From contig CASIAP010000013.1 of assembly GCA_949372645.1 (NCBI GenBank), positions 3,766 through 67,765 of the forward strand: a DNA stretch of 64,000 nucleotides, in the 5' to 3' direction. The position numbers were made by a program, and so were the translations under genes. The notes below the pieces were generated by a model, which saw only the letters and a list, made by a program, of their open reading frames with translations, was not told the DNA's origin and ran no database searches. Below, piece by piece: positions 36,898 through 45,152 of the stretch. How positions within the stretch are numbered: the first letter of the stretch is position 1; every line of letters begins with the position of its first letter. The stretch comes from Candidatus Poseidoniaceae archaeon. Its GTDB lineage: Archaea > Thermoplasmatota > Poseidoniia > Poseidoniales > Poseidoniaceae.

Positions 36898-37808
36898 TCA
36901 TACGACGATTGTGGTGCCGGTTTCCCCTCTTAATGCCAGAAGAGCATCTCCCGGTTGGCAAAGAATGGCACTCAACCCCGGACGATGTAAGGCGGCCTCC
37001 ATCAGGCTGCCGATTTTGGGCGCCATTGAACCGGCAGGGAATTCTCCTTGTTCCATGAAACGCTCACACTCATCCAAAGACAAACGATGATGGATTTTTT
37101 CATTCACACCACCAAAATCTGTTCGAACCGCATCAATGGCTGTAGAAATGATCAGTGCATCAGCCTCAAGTTGAATTGCGAGCAGTGCTGACAATCGGTC
37201 TTTATCGATGACTGCAGGAACACCAATGAAATGGTCACCTTTCGCAACGATTGGAATCCCTCCCCCTCCACCACAGACTACAACTGCATGCAATTCTACT
37301 AATTTTTGAATCACTGGCAAATCAATGACTTTCATTGGAAGAGGACTGGCTACAACTCTTCGAGGACCTTGAATTGTTTCTGCGATATCCCAATCTGCAG
37401 ACATCACAACTTCGGGAGAAAGGATTGGCCCGACTGGTTTTGTTGGATGCTTGAAACCTTCATCATCTCCGTTCACCAAGACTCGGGTAATCACGCATGC
37501 GGTACGCTCAGGTCTTTTTCGACGGTGAAGAATTGAATCGAGATTTAATGAAAGTGCATGCCCAATCATTCCTTGAGTCGCTGCCACCCAACTGTCCATT
37601 GATTGAGTATTATCTGAATCTAATTCCATCAAGTGCCCTACTTGTGGGCCATTGCCGTGGGTGAGTATACCACGCCCCATCCTGCCTCAAGCAAATCGAT
37701 GACATCAGACATGACGTGAGCAAGTACTTCAGCGCTTTTGTCCTCTTTTTCTGGGTTCGGAGATGAAAGTGCATTGCCTCCAATGGCATAGACTGCAATA
37801 CGTGACAC
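36898..37808 (-). pseudogene. arcC: Carbamate kinase interrupted by a frameshift near 37664-37672
   Basis: The C-terminal 260 aa (ILTHGNGPQVG...PTKPVGP...CGGGGGIP...VIDKD...GSMAPKI) are in one frame. The N-terminal roughly 45 aa (GTG 37808: SRIAVYAIGGNAL...VIDLLEAGWGVV) are in another. Removing TA from GTATACTC restores GWGVVLTHGNGPQVG. Confidence 0.75.
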
Positions 37809-37945
37809 ACTCCCTTTCCATCATGCAGAGGGTTTGACCCTTTGCCTACCAAGTATCAAACATACGCTGATTTCTCAAGCAAAACCAAACCCCCATTGGG
37901 GTGACATTGAATTAGAGAGGGTCCCAGCCACAGACAGGTGCGAGC

Positions 37946-39298
37946 ATGGTAAAGACCATTTGGATTGGAGATGTTCAGGCAGGAAAGTACGACGACCAAG
38001 AGGTCGAACTGAAAGGATGGATAAAGCGCGAACGTGGAAGCAATAAGATGCGTTTCATTGTTCTTCGTGATTCAACTGGTACGATTCAATGCGTCATCAA
38101 AAAGGATGCAATTGGAGAAGAATTGTTTCTCGAAGTCAAGAACGTACTCATCGAAACTTCCGTGATTATCAACGGTATTGTCAACGCAGATGAACGTGCA
38201 GACGGTGGCCATGAACTGATTGCTACTTCATTCGAAATCATCGGGCCAGTCAATGCTGACCGTCCGTTTCCAATTAACAAAGAAGCGTTGGATTCTGCCA
38301 TGGATGAAGACGGTGAACTCATGCCAGGTGGTTCTGAATTCCTTCTTGACAACCGACACCTCTACCTGCGAACTAGTCGAATGACATCAATGCTCAAACT
38401 CCGCAGTTCTGCTTTTGGTGCTATTCATAATTACTTTAGAAAGAAAGACTTCATTGAATACCAAGCGCCAAACTTCGTTACAGGCGCTGTTGAAGGTGGT
38501 TCTACTTTGTTCGAAGTGCCTTACTTTGGCCGTACTGCTTACCTTACCCAGTCGTGGCAACTGTATGCTGAAGCGGCCATGCCTGCACTCGAGCGCCTCT
38601 ATACCATCGCACCTTCGTTCCGTGCTGAAAAATCACGTACACGCCGTCATCTTACAGAATTCTGGCATGCTGAAATGGAAATGGCTTGGGCTACCAATGA
38701 TGAAATCATGGCGCACGGTGAAGGTGTTGTCCGTCATGTTGCTCGAACATTACTCGAAGAACAAGAAAAGGAACTTACCTCACTTGACCGAGACTTGGAT
38801 TTAATCGCTCGATATGCCGACAATCCATATCCACGTATGCGATATGATGAGGCTGTAGAAATTCTACAGGCAAAGGGCGATGATGTTGAATGGGGCCAAG
38901 ACCTCGATTATTCAAAGGAAAAAATCCTCACCCAAGACTTTGATGTCCCGCACTTCCTCACCCATTATCCAAAGATTGCAAAACCGTTCTATCACCGGGT
39001 TGACCCTGATGATGACAACTATGTTCTGTGCCATGACTTACTGGCACCAGAAGGCTATGGCGAAATTATTGGCGGTGGGGAGCGTACTTGGTCTGAAGCA
39101 GAAATCTTGGCACGACTCGAAGAAGAAGGGACTGACAAAGAACCTTACCAATTCTACATCGATACCCGTTCATACGGCGGTGTTCCTCATGGTGGCTTTG
39201 GCCTCGGTGTGGACCGAGTGGTCAGTTGGTTAGCTGGAGCAACTCACATTCGTGAAGTCATTCCGTTCCCACGTACATCCCGACGCGTGACTCCTTAG
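37946..39298 (+). CDS. asnS: Asparaginyl-tRNA synthetase (class IIb; AspRS not fully excluded)
   Basis: N-terminal OB domain. FEVPYFGRTAYLTQSWQLY, motif 2 FRAEKSRTRRHLTEFWHAEMEMAW, YGGVPHGGFGLGVDRVV and ...IPFPRT are present. The S.T.RHL.EFW form favours AsnRS. Confidence 0.75.
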   Translation: MVKTIWIGDVQAGKYDDQEVELKGWIKRERGSNKMRFIVLRDSTGTIQCVIKKDAIGEELFLEVKNVLIETSVIINGIVNADERADGGHELIATSFEIIGPVNADRPFPINKEALDSAMDEDGELMPGGSEFLLDNRHLYLRTSRMTSMLKLRSSAFGAIHNYFRKKDFIEYQAPNFVTGAVEGGSTLFEVPYFGRTAYLTQSWQLYAEAAMPALERLYTIAPSFRAEKSRTRRHLTEFWHAEMEMAWATNDEIMAHGEGVVRHVARTLLEEQEKELTSLDRDLDLIARYADNPYPRMRYDEAVEILQAKGDDVEWGQDLDYSKEKILTQDFDVPHFLTHYPKIAKPFYHRVDPDDDNYVLCHDLLAPEGYGEIIGGGERTWSEAEILARLEEEGTDKEPYQFYIDTRSYGGVPHGGFGLGVDRVVSWLAGATHIREVIPFPRTSRRVTP

Positions 39299-40351
39299 GT
39301 GACTTTCATGGCTGAAGCAATCGCTCTCGGGTGTGGACTCATCGGTCAATTTGTCGTTGAGCGTTTGCTTGAATACGGCCATAAAGTCACTGTTCTTGAT
39401 TTGAAGATCCCTGACCACTTAGCGAACCAGCCAAACGTTGATGCTCGCCAAGGTGATGTCTTCCAACACATTGCGGATTTACCACCTCAATCAGTTGTCA
39501 TCAACATGCTGCCTGGAAGAATTGGAAACGGTGTCCGGCCGTTACTACTGGAGGCTGGACACCAAGTGGTTGACCTCGCCTTTACCGCAGAAGATCCACA
39601 CCAGTATCAAGCGTTAGCAGTCCAGAACAATGCTGTGCTGTTGTGGGATGTTGGTATTGCTCCAGGGATGTCAAACATGCTTGCAAAAAAGGCTTCTGAA
39701 ATTCTTGGCGATTTGGAAAACCTCACCATCAAAGTTGGAGGGAACCCAACCCAACCAGATTCTGAATGGTCCTACATGGCACCCTTTTCACCTTCTGATG
39801 TTATTGAAGAATATACTCGACCTGCACGAATAAAGGTCGCAAATGAGATTTGTGAAGTTCCTGCAATCACCGAACGTCATATGATTGAGGTCGAGGGCTA
39901 TGGGCAAATGGAAGCGTTCCTAACCGATGGATTGCGAAGTGTTCTCACAACCATTCAAGCTACAAACATGAAGGAGTTTACAGTTCGATGGCCTGGGCAC
40001 ATCGACAAATGGCTCCAAGAATCTGAATCGTTGGATGAACAGACACTTCTTGATGCCTGGAAGTTTGATTCGACACGAGATGAATTCACGTGGCTCGAAG
40101 TGATTGCTGAATCAAAGAATCAGCAAAAACGGTGGGTTGTTCAAGATTCAGGAATGAATGGCGACGGTTCGATGGCGAGGACAACAGGGTTAGTTACTGT
40201 CGCATGTGCTTTACAATTCCTCGAGCATGGCCCATTGAAGGGTTGTGGATTAGCGCCTGGAATTCATCCACCTGAAGCACTTCATGGACAAGCGATTGAT
40301 TCAATTATCGAAATGATGAAACAACACGGTGTTGAATTTACTGAAGATTAA
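39299..40351 (+). CDS. Saccharopine dehydrogenase-family NAD(P) oxidoreductase
   Basis: Rossmann start IALGCGLIGQFVVERLL. The family motif LWDVGIAPGMSNMLA is present. Start is GTG 39299 or ATG 39308. Confidence 0.7.
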   Translation: MTFMAEAIALGCGLIGQFVVERLLEYGHKVTVLDLKIPDHLANQPNVDARQGDVFQHIADLPPQSVVINMLPGRIGNGVRPLLLEAGHQVVDLAFTAEDPHQYQALAVQNNAVLLWDVGIAPGMSNMLAKKASEILGDLENLTIKVGGNPTQPDSEWSYMAPFSPSDVIEEYTRPARIKVANEICEVPAITERHMIEVEGYGQMEAFLTDGLRSVLTTIQATNMKEFTVRWPGHIDKWLQESESLDEQTLLDAWKFDSTRDEFTWLEVIAESKNQQKRWVVQDSGMNGDGSMARTTGLVTVACALQFLEHGPLKGCGLAPGIHPPEALHGQAIDSIIEMMKQHGVEFTED

Positions 40352-40455
40352 AGCATCGTTTCGCCACAACTTGGGCACGGAATTCCCGGAATGTATTCAC
40401 CGAGTAAAAAACCACAGTGAGGGCAAAGTGAACTTACCAAGTCGTATCCGAACAT
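40348..40455 (-). CDS. Candidate 35-aa zinc-ribbon micro-protein
   Basis: Hand translation gives MFGYDLVSSLCPHCGFLLGEYIPGIPCPSCGETML. Two CxxC knuckles are 12 residues apart. It lies in the gap between convergent genes. There is no other support. Confidence 0.3.
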   Translation of the reverse strand: MFGYDLVSSLCPHCGFLLGEYIPGIPCPSCGETML

Positions 40456-40480
40456 GATGTTCCATACGGGTGATTGTTCA

Positions 40481-41356
40481 TCAAGATGACGATGAAACAG
40501 ATGAAAAATAAGTATCGATTAGTTCGCCAACAGGGAGCAGGTCTTTTTCTTCAATCACTATCGCTGCATGCTTTTTAGGACGGTCATCCCATGGATTGAA
40601 ACAAATGGGGTAACCTGATTCTTGGAACATCGTAATATCACCTGCCGAATCTCCAACGGATGCCGTATTTTCTTTTGTCACACCTAACCGACGTTGAAGC
40701 ATTTGGACAACAGAACCTTTGCCATCCATTTGTACCTGATAGCGTCCAAAATCATCCAATTCATACTCACCATTGGGCATTTGTTTACCTAAGAGCCAAC
40801 CATTGGTAAATACATGGAATCGGGTATCGTGACCATCTGCAAAGCGTTGTGCTGTAAAACGGTCAATTCCACCCCAACGTCGAACCCAAGGTTTGTCACT
40901 TGGAAATTGCGCTGCCACATCACGAGCCGTTTGTTGTAAGCCACCACTTACAATGGCCACATGATAGCCTTTATTGAGCAAATTTTGAATAAAAGGTTTC
41001 CAGTTTTTCATCATCGGCATTCCTTCCATGCAACCTCGTAAATCTGAATCTGAGATGGGTGGAAGTTCAGAAGAACGGCTTTCTTTGATGAGTGCAATAT
41101 CCAGTTTAATCCAATCCCATTCATCGAGTAAACCTTGGTTGTACAATTCGAATGATTCATCATTTGAAATGCCTAAATTATCATAGACAAACTGCCAAGT
41201 TGACAAATGGTCAACTAAAACACGATCCATATCTAAGCAAACTAGGCGTGCAGGGGTTTTCTGTATCATATTCCTCAATCTCCATACTTCTTCCAGAACC
41301 AATTGCTCACTGTGACTTACGAGCTGGCCAATCGTATTGAGATTGGATTTGCTCAA
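40481..41356 (-). CDS. HAD-superfamily phosphatase (SerB-like subfamily IB)
   Basis: Motif I LVCLDMDRVLVD, motif II VAIVSGG, motif IV VGDSAGDITMF. An internal ATG at 41269 would remove the 50-nt overlap with the upstream gene. Confidence 0.7.
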   Translation of the reverse strand: MSKSNLNTIGQLVSHSEQLVLEEVWRLRNMIQKTPARLVCLDMDRVLVDHLSTWQFVYDNLGISNDESFELYNQGLLDEWDWIKLDIALIKESRSSELPPISDSDLRGCMEGMPMMKNWKPFIQNLLNKGYHVAIVSGGLQQTARDVAAQFPSDKPWVRRWGGIDRFTAQRFADGHDTRFHVFTNGWLLGKQMPNGEYELDDFGRYQVQMDGKGSVVQMLQRRLGVTKENTASVGDSAGDITMFQESGYPICFNPWDDRPKKHAAIVIEEKDLLPVGELIDTYFSSVSSSS

Positions 41357-42146
41357 CTTGTTTCCCCATGATATAGAGGATTAAGGCGACCATAATGCCA
41401 AATAATCCGATGAGGGTCATGGCAATGGTTGCAAGTGTAACGCTAATGGAAGTCGAATTCAATTCTTCCAAAGCCCCAACAACATTGCCCGATAATTTGT
41501 AACCGAGGATAAACAGAACAATACCCGGTATTCCAAACAAGAGAAGTGGATGTTTGGTTTCAAGCATCCAATAGAACAGTTGGGCAAAACGTGAGGCTGT
41601 TGCAAGAGATTCTCGTTGTGGTATGCCGACATTCATTTGTGCTTCAACAATACGTACACGAAGTTGTTCATCTAAATCTGCAGTTCGTGCCAAGGGTCCT
41701 AAATAGGCAAGGGCTTCCATTCCCGGGTGAGTAAGCACAACGTGCTGGAGGATTGCAGAACCAAGGACCAAATCATCTATAGATTCTGCATCCACCTCCT
41801 CAACACGGTGCGAGAAGTGAATATCCCACTCCTCAAGTGCCCGGTTTATAGAAAGTGGCAAGTCTCGTAATTTCCACTGATTCGTGATTGAAAGAACTAA
41901 GGTCGAATCGATTCGTTCAAGATTCGAGTCCAAAAGGAAAGAAGCAATGTTTTGAAGAGTTACTTCATTCGTAAAGTGGAGTACTTCACAACCGATTTCC
42001 TGAGCATATTCGACCGTTGAATCATTTGATCCAAGGTCCATTAAAAGAACTTCAGCGGCCCCTTCTCGTGCACGAACAATGAGCGACACGATTCTCAGCT
42101 CGATGTCTCGAGCCAGCAAAATAATGCGTAACGATTGGTGAGCCAC
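41307..42146 (-). CDS. Degenerate GT2-like protein with a C-terminal TM hairpin
   Basis: GTG start. The VLLMDLGSNDSTVEYAQEIG region resembles the GT2 DDGS.D block. The C-terminal LLLFGIPGIVLFILGY... helices resemble the 25818-26765 protein. The acidic catalytic motifs look eroded. Confidence 0.55.
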   Translation of the reverse strand: MAHQSLRIILLARDIELRIVSLIVRAREGAAEVLLMDLGSNDSTVEYAQEIGCEVLHFTNEVTLQNIASFLLDSNLERIDSTLVLSITNQWKLRDLPLSINRALEEWDIHFSHRVEEVDAESIDDLVLGSAILQHVVLTHPGMEALAYLGPLARTADLDEQLRVRIVEAQMNVGIPQRESLATASRFAQLFYWMLETKHPLLLFGIPGIVLFILGYKLSGNVVGALEELNSTSISVTLATIAMTLIGLFGIMVALILYIMGKQVEQIQSQYDWPARKSQ

Positions 42147-42266
42147 ATGTCTTGTCCGTGGTCTGCTTCATATCAAACCCTCGTTGATTCTATCTTGTAT
42201 GGTCGACTTTTCGATTTCAATGGATTCGGGCCACATGTTCATGGCCTATGACCAAATGGAAAAGAT

Positions 42267-43223
42267 GTGAAGGGTGAATACCGTATTGGGGTCGTCATCC
42301 CGGCGAAGAATGAACAACAGTTCATTCAGAAAGTGCTGGAGACTCTTCCGTCCTTTGTAGATTTAGCTATCGTGGTCAATGATGGCTCGACAGATGAGAC
42401 TCAATCAATACTTGATGCAATGACCCCAACCGTCGAAATGCACTGTATCGCCTTGGACGGAGAAGGAGTCGGTGCTGCAATTGATGCTGGACACCGATAC
42501 CTCTTGCAGCAATGGCAAGATGACCGGTTCATCAGCGTAGTCATGGCAGGAGATGGACAAATGAATCCAGGTGACATGGATGCACTTCTCAAGCCAGTTT
42601 TAGATGGGAGAGCAGATTATGCCAAAGGAAATCGTTTTGCCCATCAAGGCGGAACGAAGTCAATGCCGAACGTTCGTCGTCAAGCCAGCCGGATACTGTC
42701 TGTATTCACTGGACTTGCCTCAGGCCAAGCCATACCCGACCCACAATGTGGCTATACTGCCACTCAGAGTGACATCTTACGTGAATGGGATTGGAAGAGC
42801 TCATGGAAGGGCTATGGGTATCCTAATTTTTGGCTCATTCGGCTATCGACCCTTGGCTATCGAATCGCACATGTTCCAGTTGAATCCATTTATGGCAGTG
42901 AAAAATCAGGTATTCAGAGATTTTCCTTTTTCGCAAAAGTTGGCATGATGATGGCCTATCGACATCACCATCGAAACATATCATGGATCTTCAGCAGCCG
43001 GATTACTCCACATACTCTTTTTGCTACAGTTGCCTATGCAATTGGTTGGATCGCCTTACTTCCATCAATAAGTACCGACCTTGAACGTGATTTGGTTGGC
43101 AGAGGTGTTGCCCCATTATTCATTACCATCATTGCTTGGTCGATAGCACACGTTTTTGATAAGGGAGCAACTCGAACGGTTCAGGAGTTGAGGTTGAATG
43201 CGAAGGCTCGACAAAAGACGTAA
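42267..43223 (+). CDS. Family-2 glycosyltransferase
   Basis: IGVVIPAKNEQQFI, VVNDGSTDET and MAGDGQMNPGDMDALL are present. There are C-terminal TM helices. GTG start. Confidence 0.85.
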   Translation: MKGEYRIGVVIPAKNEQQFIQKVLETLPSFVDLAIVVNDGSTDETQSILDAMTPTVEMHCIALDGEGVGAAIDAGHRYLLQQWQDDRFISVVMAGDGQMNPGDMDALLKPVLDGRADYAKGNRFAHQGGTKSMPNVRRQASRILSVFTGLASGQAIPDPQCGYTATQSDILREWDWKSSWKGYGYPNFWLIRLSTLGYRIAHVPVESIYGSEKSGIQRFSFFAKVGMMMAYRHHHRNISWIFSSRITPHTLFATVAYAIGWIALLPSISTDLERDLVGRGVAPLFITIIAWSIAHVFDKGATRTVQELRLNAKARQKT

Positions 43224-43527
43224 ACCAAGAAAGGCCCATGTAAGGCATATATTGGTTGCAGCAAAACCCGATGCTCGAGAAATTCTTGAGCAAATTCAAT
43301 CGGCACGTAATCCACTTAAAGTCTTCAAAAAATTAGCAAAGAAATATTCGAATTGCTCGAGTGCATCAAAGAAAGGTGATCTGGGTGAATTCGTCGAGGG
43401 GCAAATGGTTCAAAAATTTGAAGAGGCTGTTTGGGCAATGGAACCAGAAACAGTTCCGGAATCCTATGTCAAGACTCAATTCGGCTACCATCTACTTTGG
43501 GTGCACGAAATAATATTACCAGAGTGA
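43198..43527 (+). CDS. Parvulin-type peptidyl-prolyl cis-trans isomerase (PpiC/PinA-like)
   Basis: VRHILV...KKYSNCSSASKKGDLGEF...FEEAVWAM...KTQFGYHLLWV is the canonical parvulin pattern. It overlaps the GT2 end by 26 nt. Confidence 0.85.
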   Translation: MRRLDKRRKPRKAHVRHILVAAKPDAREILEQIQSARNPLKVFKKLAKKYSNCSSASKKGDLGEFVEGQMVQKFEEAVWAMEPETVPESYVKTQFGYHLLWVHEIILPE

Positions 43528-43544
43528 ACCACTCTAACCAAGTA

Positions 43545-43622
43545 TGGTGGGCGATCCAGGATTTGAACCTGGGTCCAAGCGTCCCAAACGCCCGAGTATA
43601 GGCCAAGCTAACCCAATCGCCC
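43545..43622 (-). tRNA. tRNA-Pro (anticodon UGG) with encoded CCA
   Basis: Minus strand. Acceptor GGGCGAT/ATCGCCC, anticodon arm GGGCG-UUUGGGA-CGCUU, T arm CCAGG-TTCAAAT-CCTGG, then A-CCA. The D stem has one mismatch. Confidence 0.85.
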
Positions 43623-43658
43623 CTTGCAGTCCTCGCCACGGCGTCTTACCTATGAAGT

Positions 43659-44099
43659 TCACTCAAGGAGTTGCCAGCAATCGGGGTTGAGTCGAACCAA
43701 CATACCTTGTGATTCTGCCATTTCAATAAGGTCGTGTACCTCGAGAGCATCACTACTCCTCTCCAAAAGGGGTTGAAGACTTTGAACGGTAAGCATACCG
43801 TTTTCATCGGTAGCATTGAGAAGAACTTGAGAAAGATCTTTGAATGAAATTGGTTCATCTTGGTTGAATAACTTTTGATTGGTCTGAAGTCGTTTACGCA
43901 ATGTATCACGAAGCTCATCAGGAGTGTTTGCTAGAGCAACTTCAATCCTTAATTCCGATGCAGTTGCCACCGAAGTGACAATCTCAGCATCGGTTTGTAA
44001 TCGCTGTCCGCAATGGGGGCACATTCGACCAGTCCCCCGATGCCCATGGCATGTCTGACAAGCACTGCAACGAATAACATTCCATCCACCACCAGACAT
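43659..44099 (-). CDS. Zinc-ribbon protein with a C-terminal helical domain (archaeal hypothetical, DUF5817-like)
   Basis: The N-terminus is CSACQTCHGHRGTGRMCPHCGQ (two CxxC). The rest is helical. The family name is from memory only. Confidence 0.55.
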   Translation of the reverse strand: MSGGGWNVIRCSACQTCHGHRGTGRMCPHCGQRLQTDAEIVTSVATASELRIEVALANTPDELRDTLRKRLQTNQKLFNQDEPISFKDLSQVLLNATDENGMLTVQSLQPLLERSSDALEVHDLIEMAESQGMLVRLNPDCWQLLE

Positions 44100-44134
44100 G
44101 GTTTGGCTTCAAGCCAAGGGTACTTCAAGACTTC

Positions 44135-44794
44135 TCAAAGAGAAAAATCAGTGCTTGATTTGCGTCCACCAGGACGAAGTGCTGGTGCGGCTGGTGCTTT
44201 CACGTCAACACGCTTTGGAGGTGCTTCGACAGCCTTTCGTGTCAATGCACCCCGGACTGGACCAGTACCCGTTCTGGCACCGAGTGAGAGGGAATTCGGC
44301 AAGATCAGTGCAGCCATAGCCACACCGTGGTGGTCAGCAGCAGCCGTCACTTCATCAACAGCTACATCGAATGAAACGACTTCCAAGTCACGGCTTGCTA
44401 ATTTCTGTTGTAAGAGTCGACGCAAAAGAAGTGTGGTTTCTTCATAGTCCAATTCAGTCGAAACAGTAGCAACAACAGCGCACTCATCACCTTCTGGAGT
44501 GACGCATGCAGCCCAAGCAACACCTGCACATGCAGAAGAGCCATTCCAAGAATATGCTGTTGCAAGGTGGCATTCAACCAGCGAACCCATCGGGAGGGGT
44601 TGAGGAGGAGTTGCACCAAAACCAAGTGGAAGCATTGCACCCTTCATTTCAATCAAACGTGAATCGCCCAAGCCAAGTTCAACCAAACCTTGGTCGTAGG
44701 CATCTTCTGCATTTTCACCCCATGGAGCTACGGCAGTCATGAGCCAACCTGGACATGCGACAGATGCAGAACGCTCTCCTTCAGATGAGTACAT
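44135..44794 (-). CDS. Pyruvoyl-dependent arginine decarboxylase (PdaD)-like protein lacking the canonical Ser-Ser processing site
   Basis: VAPWGENAEDAYDQGLVELGLGDSRLIEMKGAMLP...LPMGSLV... aligns by eye with PdaD ...[37 protein letters not shown]...LPMGALV.... The C-terminal ...HHGVAMAALIL resembles ...GCAFAAAAL. There is an extra basic/Pro-rich tail of about 45 aa. Confidence 0.5.
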   Translation of the reverse strand: MYSSEGERSASVACPGWLMTAVAPWGENAEDAYDQGLVELGLGDSRLIEMKGAMLPLGFGATPPQPLPMGSLVECHLATAYSWNGSSACAGVAWAACVTPEGDECAVVATVSTELDYEETTLLLRRLLQQKLASRDLEVVSFDVAVDEVTAAADHHGVAMAALILPNSLSLGARTGTGPVRGALTRKAVEAPPKRVDVKAPAAPALRPGGRKSSTDFSL

Positions 44795-44846
44795 GATGTT
44801 GGTACAGATGCAACGGGTTCATGAAGAACATGGTTGTGAGGAAACT

Positions 44847-45152
44847 ATGGCGACAGTTTCTCGGCGACTGCTCTTACTGGCAGCCGTCTTACTTCTCATC
44901 GCCGGAATTGGCCTTAAAATTGCGAGTGGTGGAAGTACACTACTGGTGATTGCATCAGGGCTCGGATTGATTTTGGTGATCCTTGCATGGTCTCTTTTTG
45001 ATGATTCATCAACCTCGTCACTCACGAAGGGCGCAAAGCCAATCAAGCCAAGCTATTCATCGGGTACGTCGTTTGATAAACTTCCAAAAGAACGTCAAGA
45101 ACAAACTCTTCCAGATCCTGTCGAGTCGGGATTTGAAATTCCTCTGATGTAA
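44847..45152 (+). CDS. Small two-TM membrane protein
   Basis: From ATG 44847: MATVSRRLLLLAAVLLLIAGIGLKIASGG STLLVIASGLGLILVILAWSLF, then a hydrophilic tail. The longer track ORF would overlap the divergent gene. Confidence 0.5.
   Translation: MATVSRRLLLLAAVLLLIAGIGLKIASGGSTLLVIASGLGLILVILAWSLFDDSSTSSLTKGAKPIKPSYSSGTSFDKLPKERQEQTLPDPVESGFEIPLM

Noticed and set aside
37610-37852. 80-aa minus-strand ORF upstream of the carbamate kinase body
   Set aside because: It is a third, non-homologous frame across the kinase N-terminus. The true N-terminal coding frame (SRIAVYAIGGNAL...) is a different one that starts at GTG 37808.
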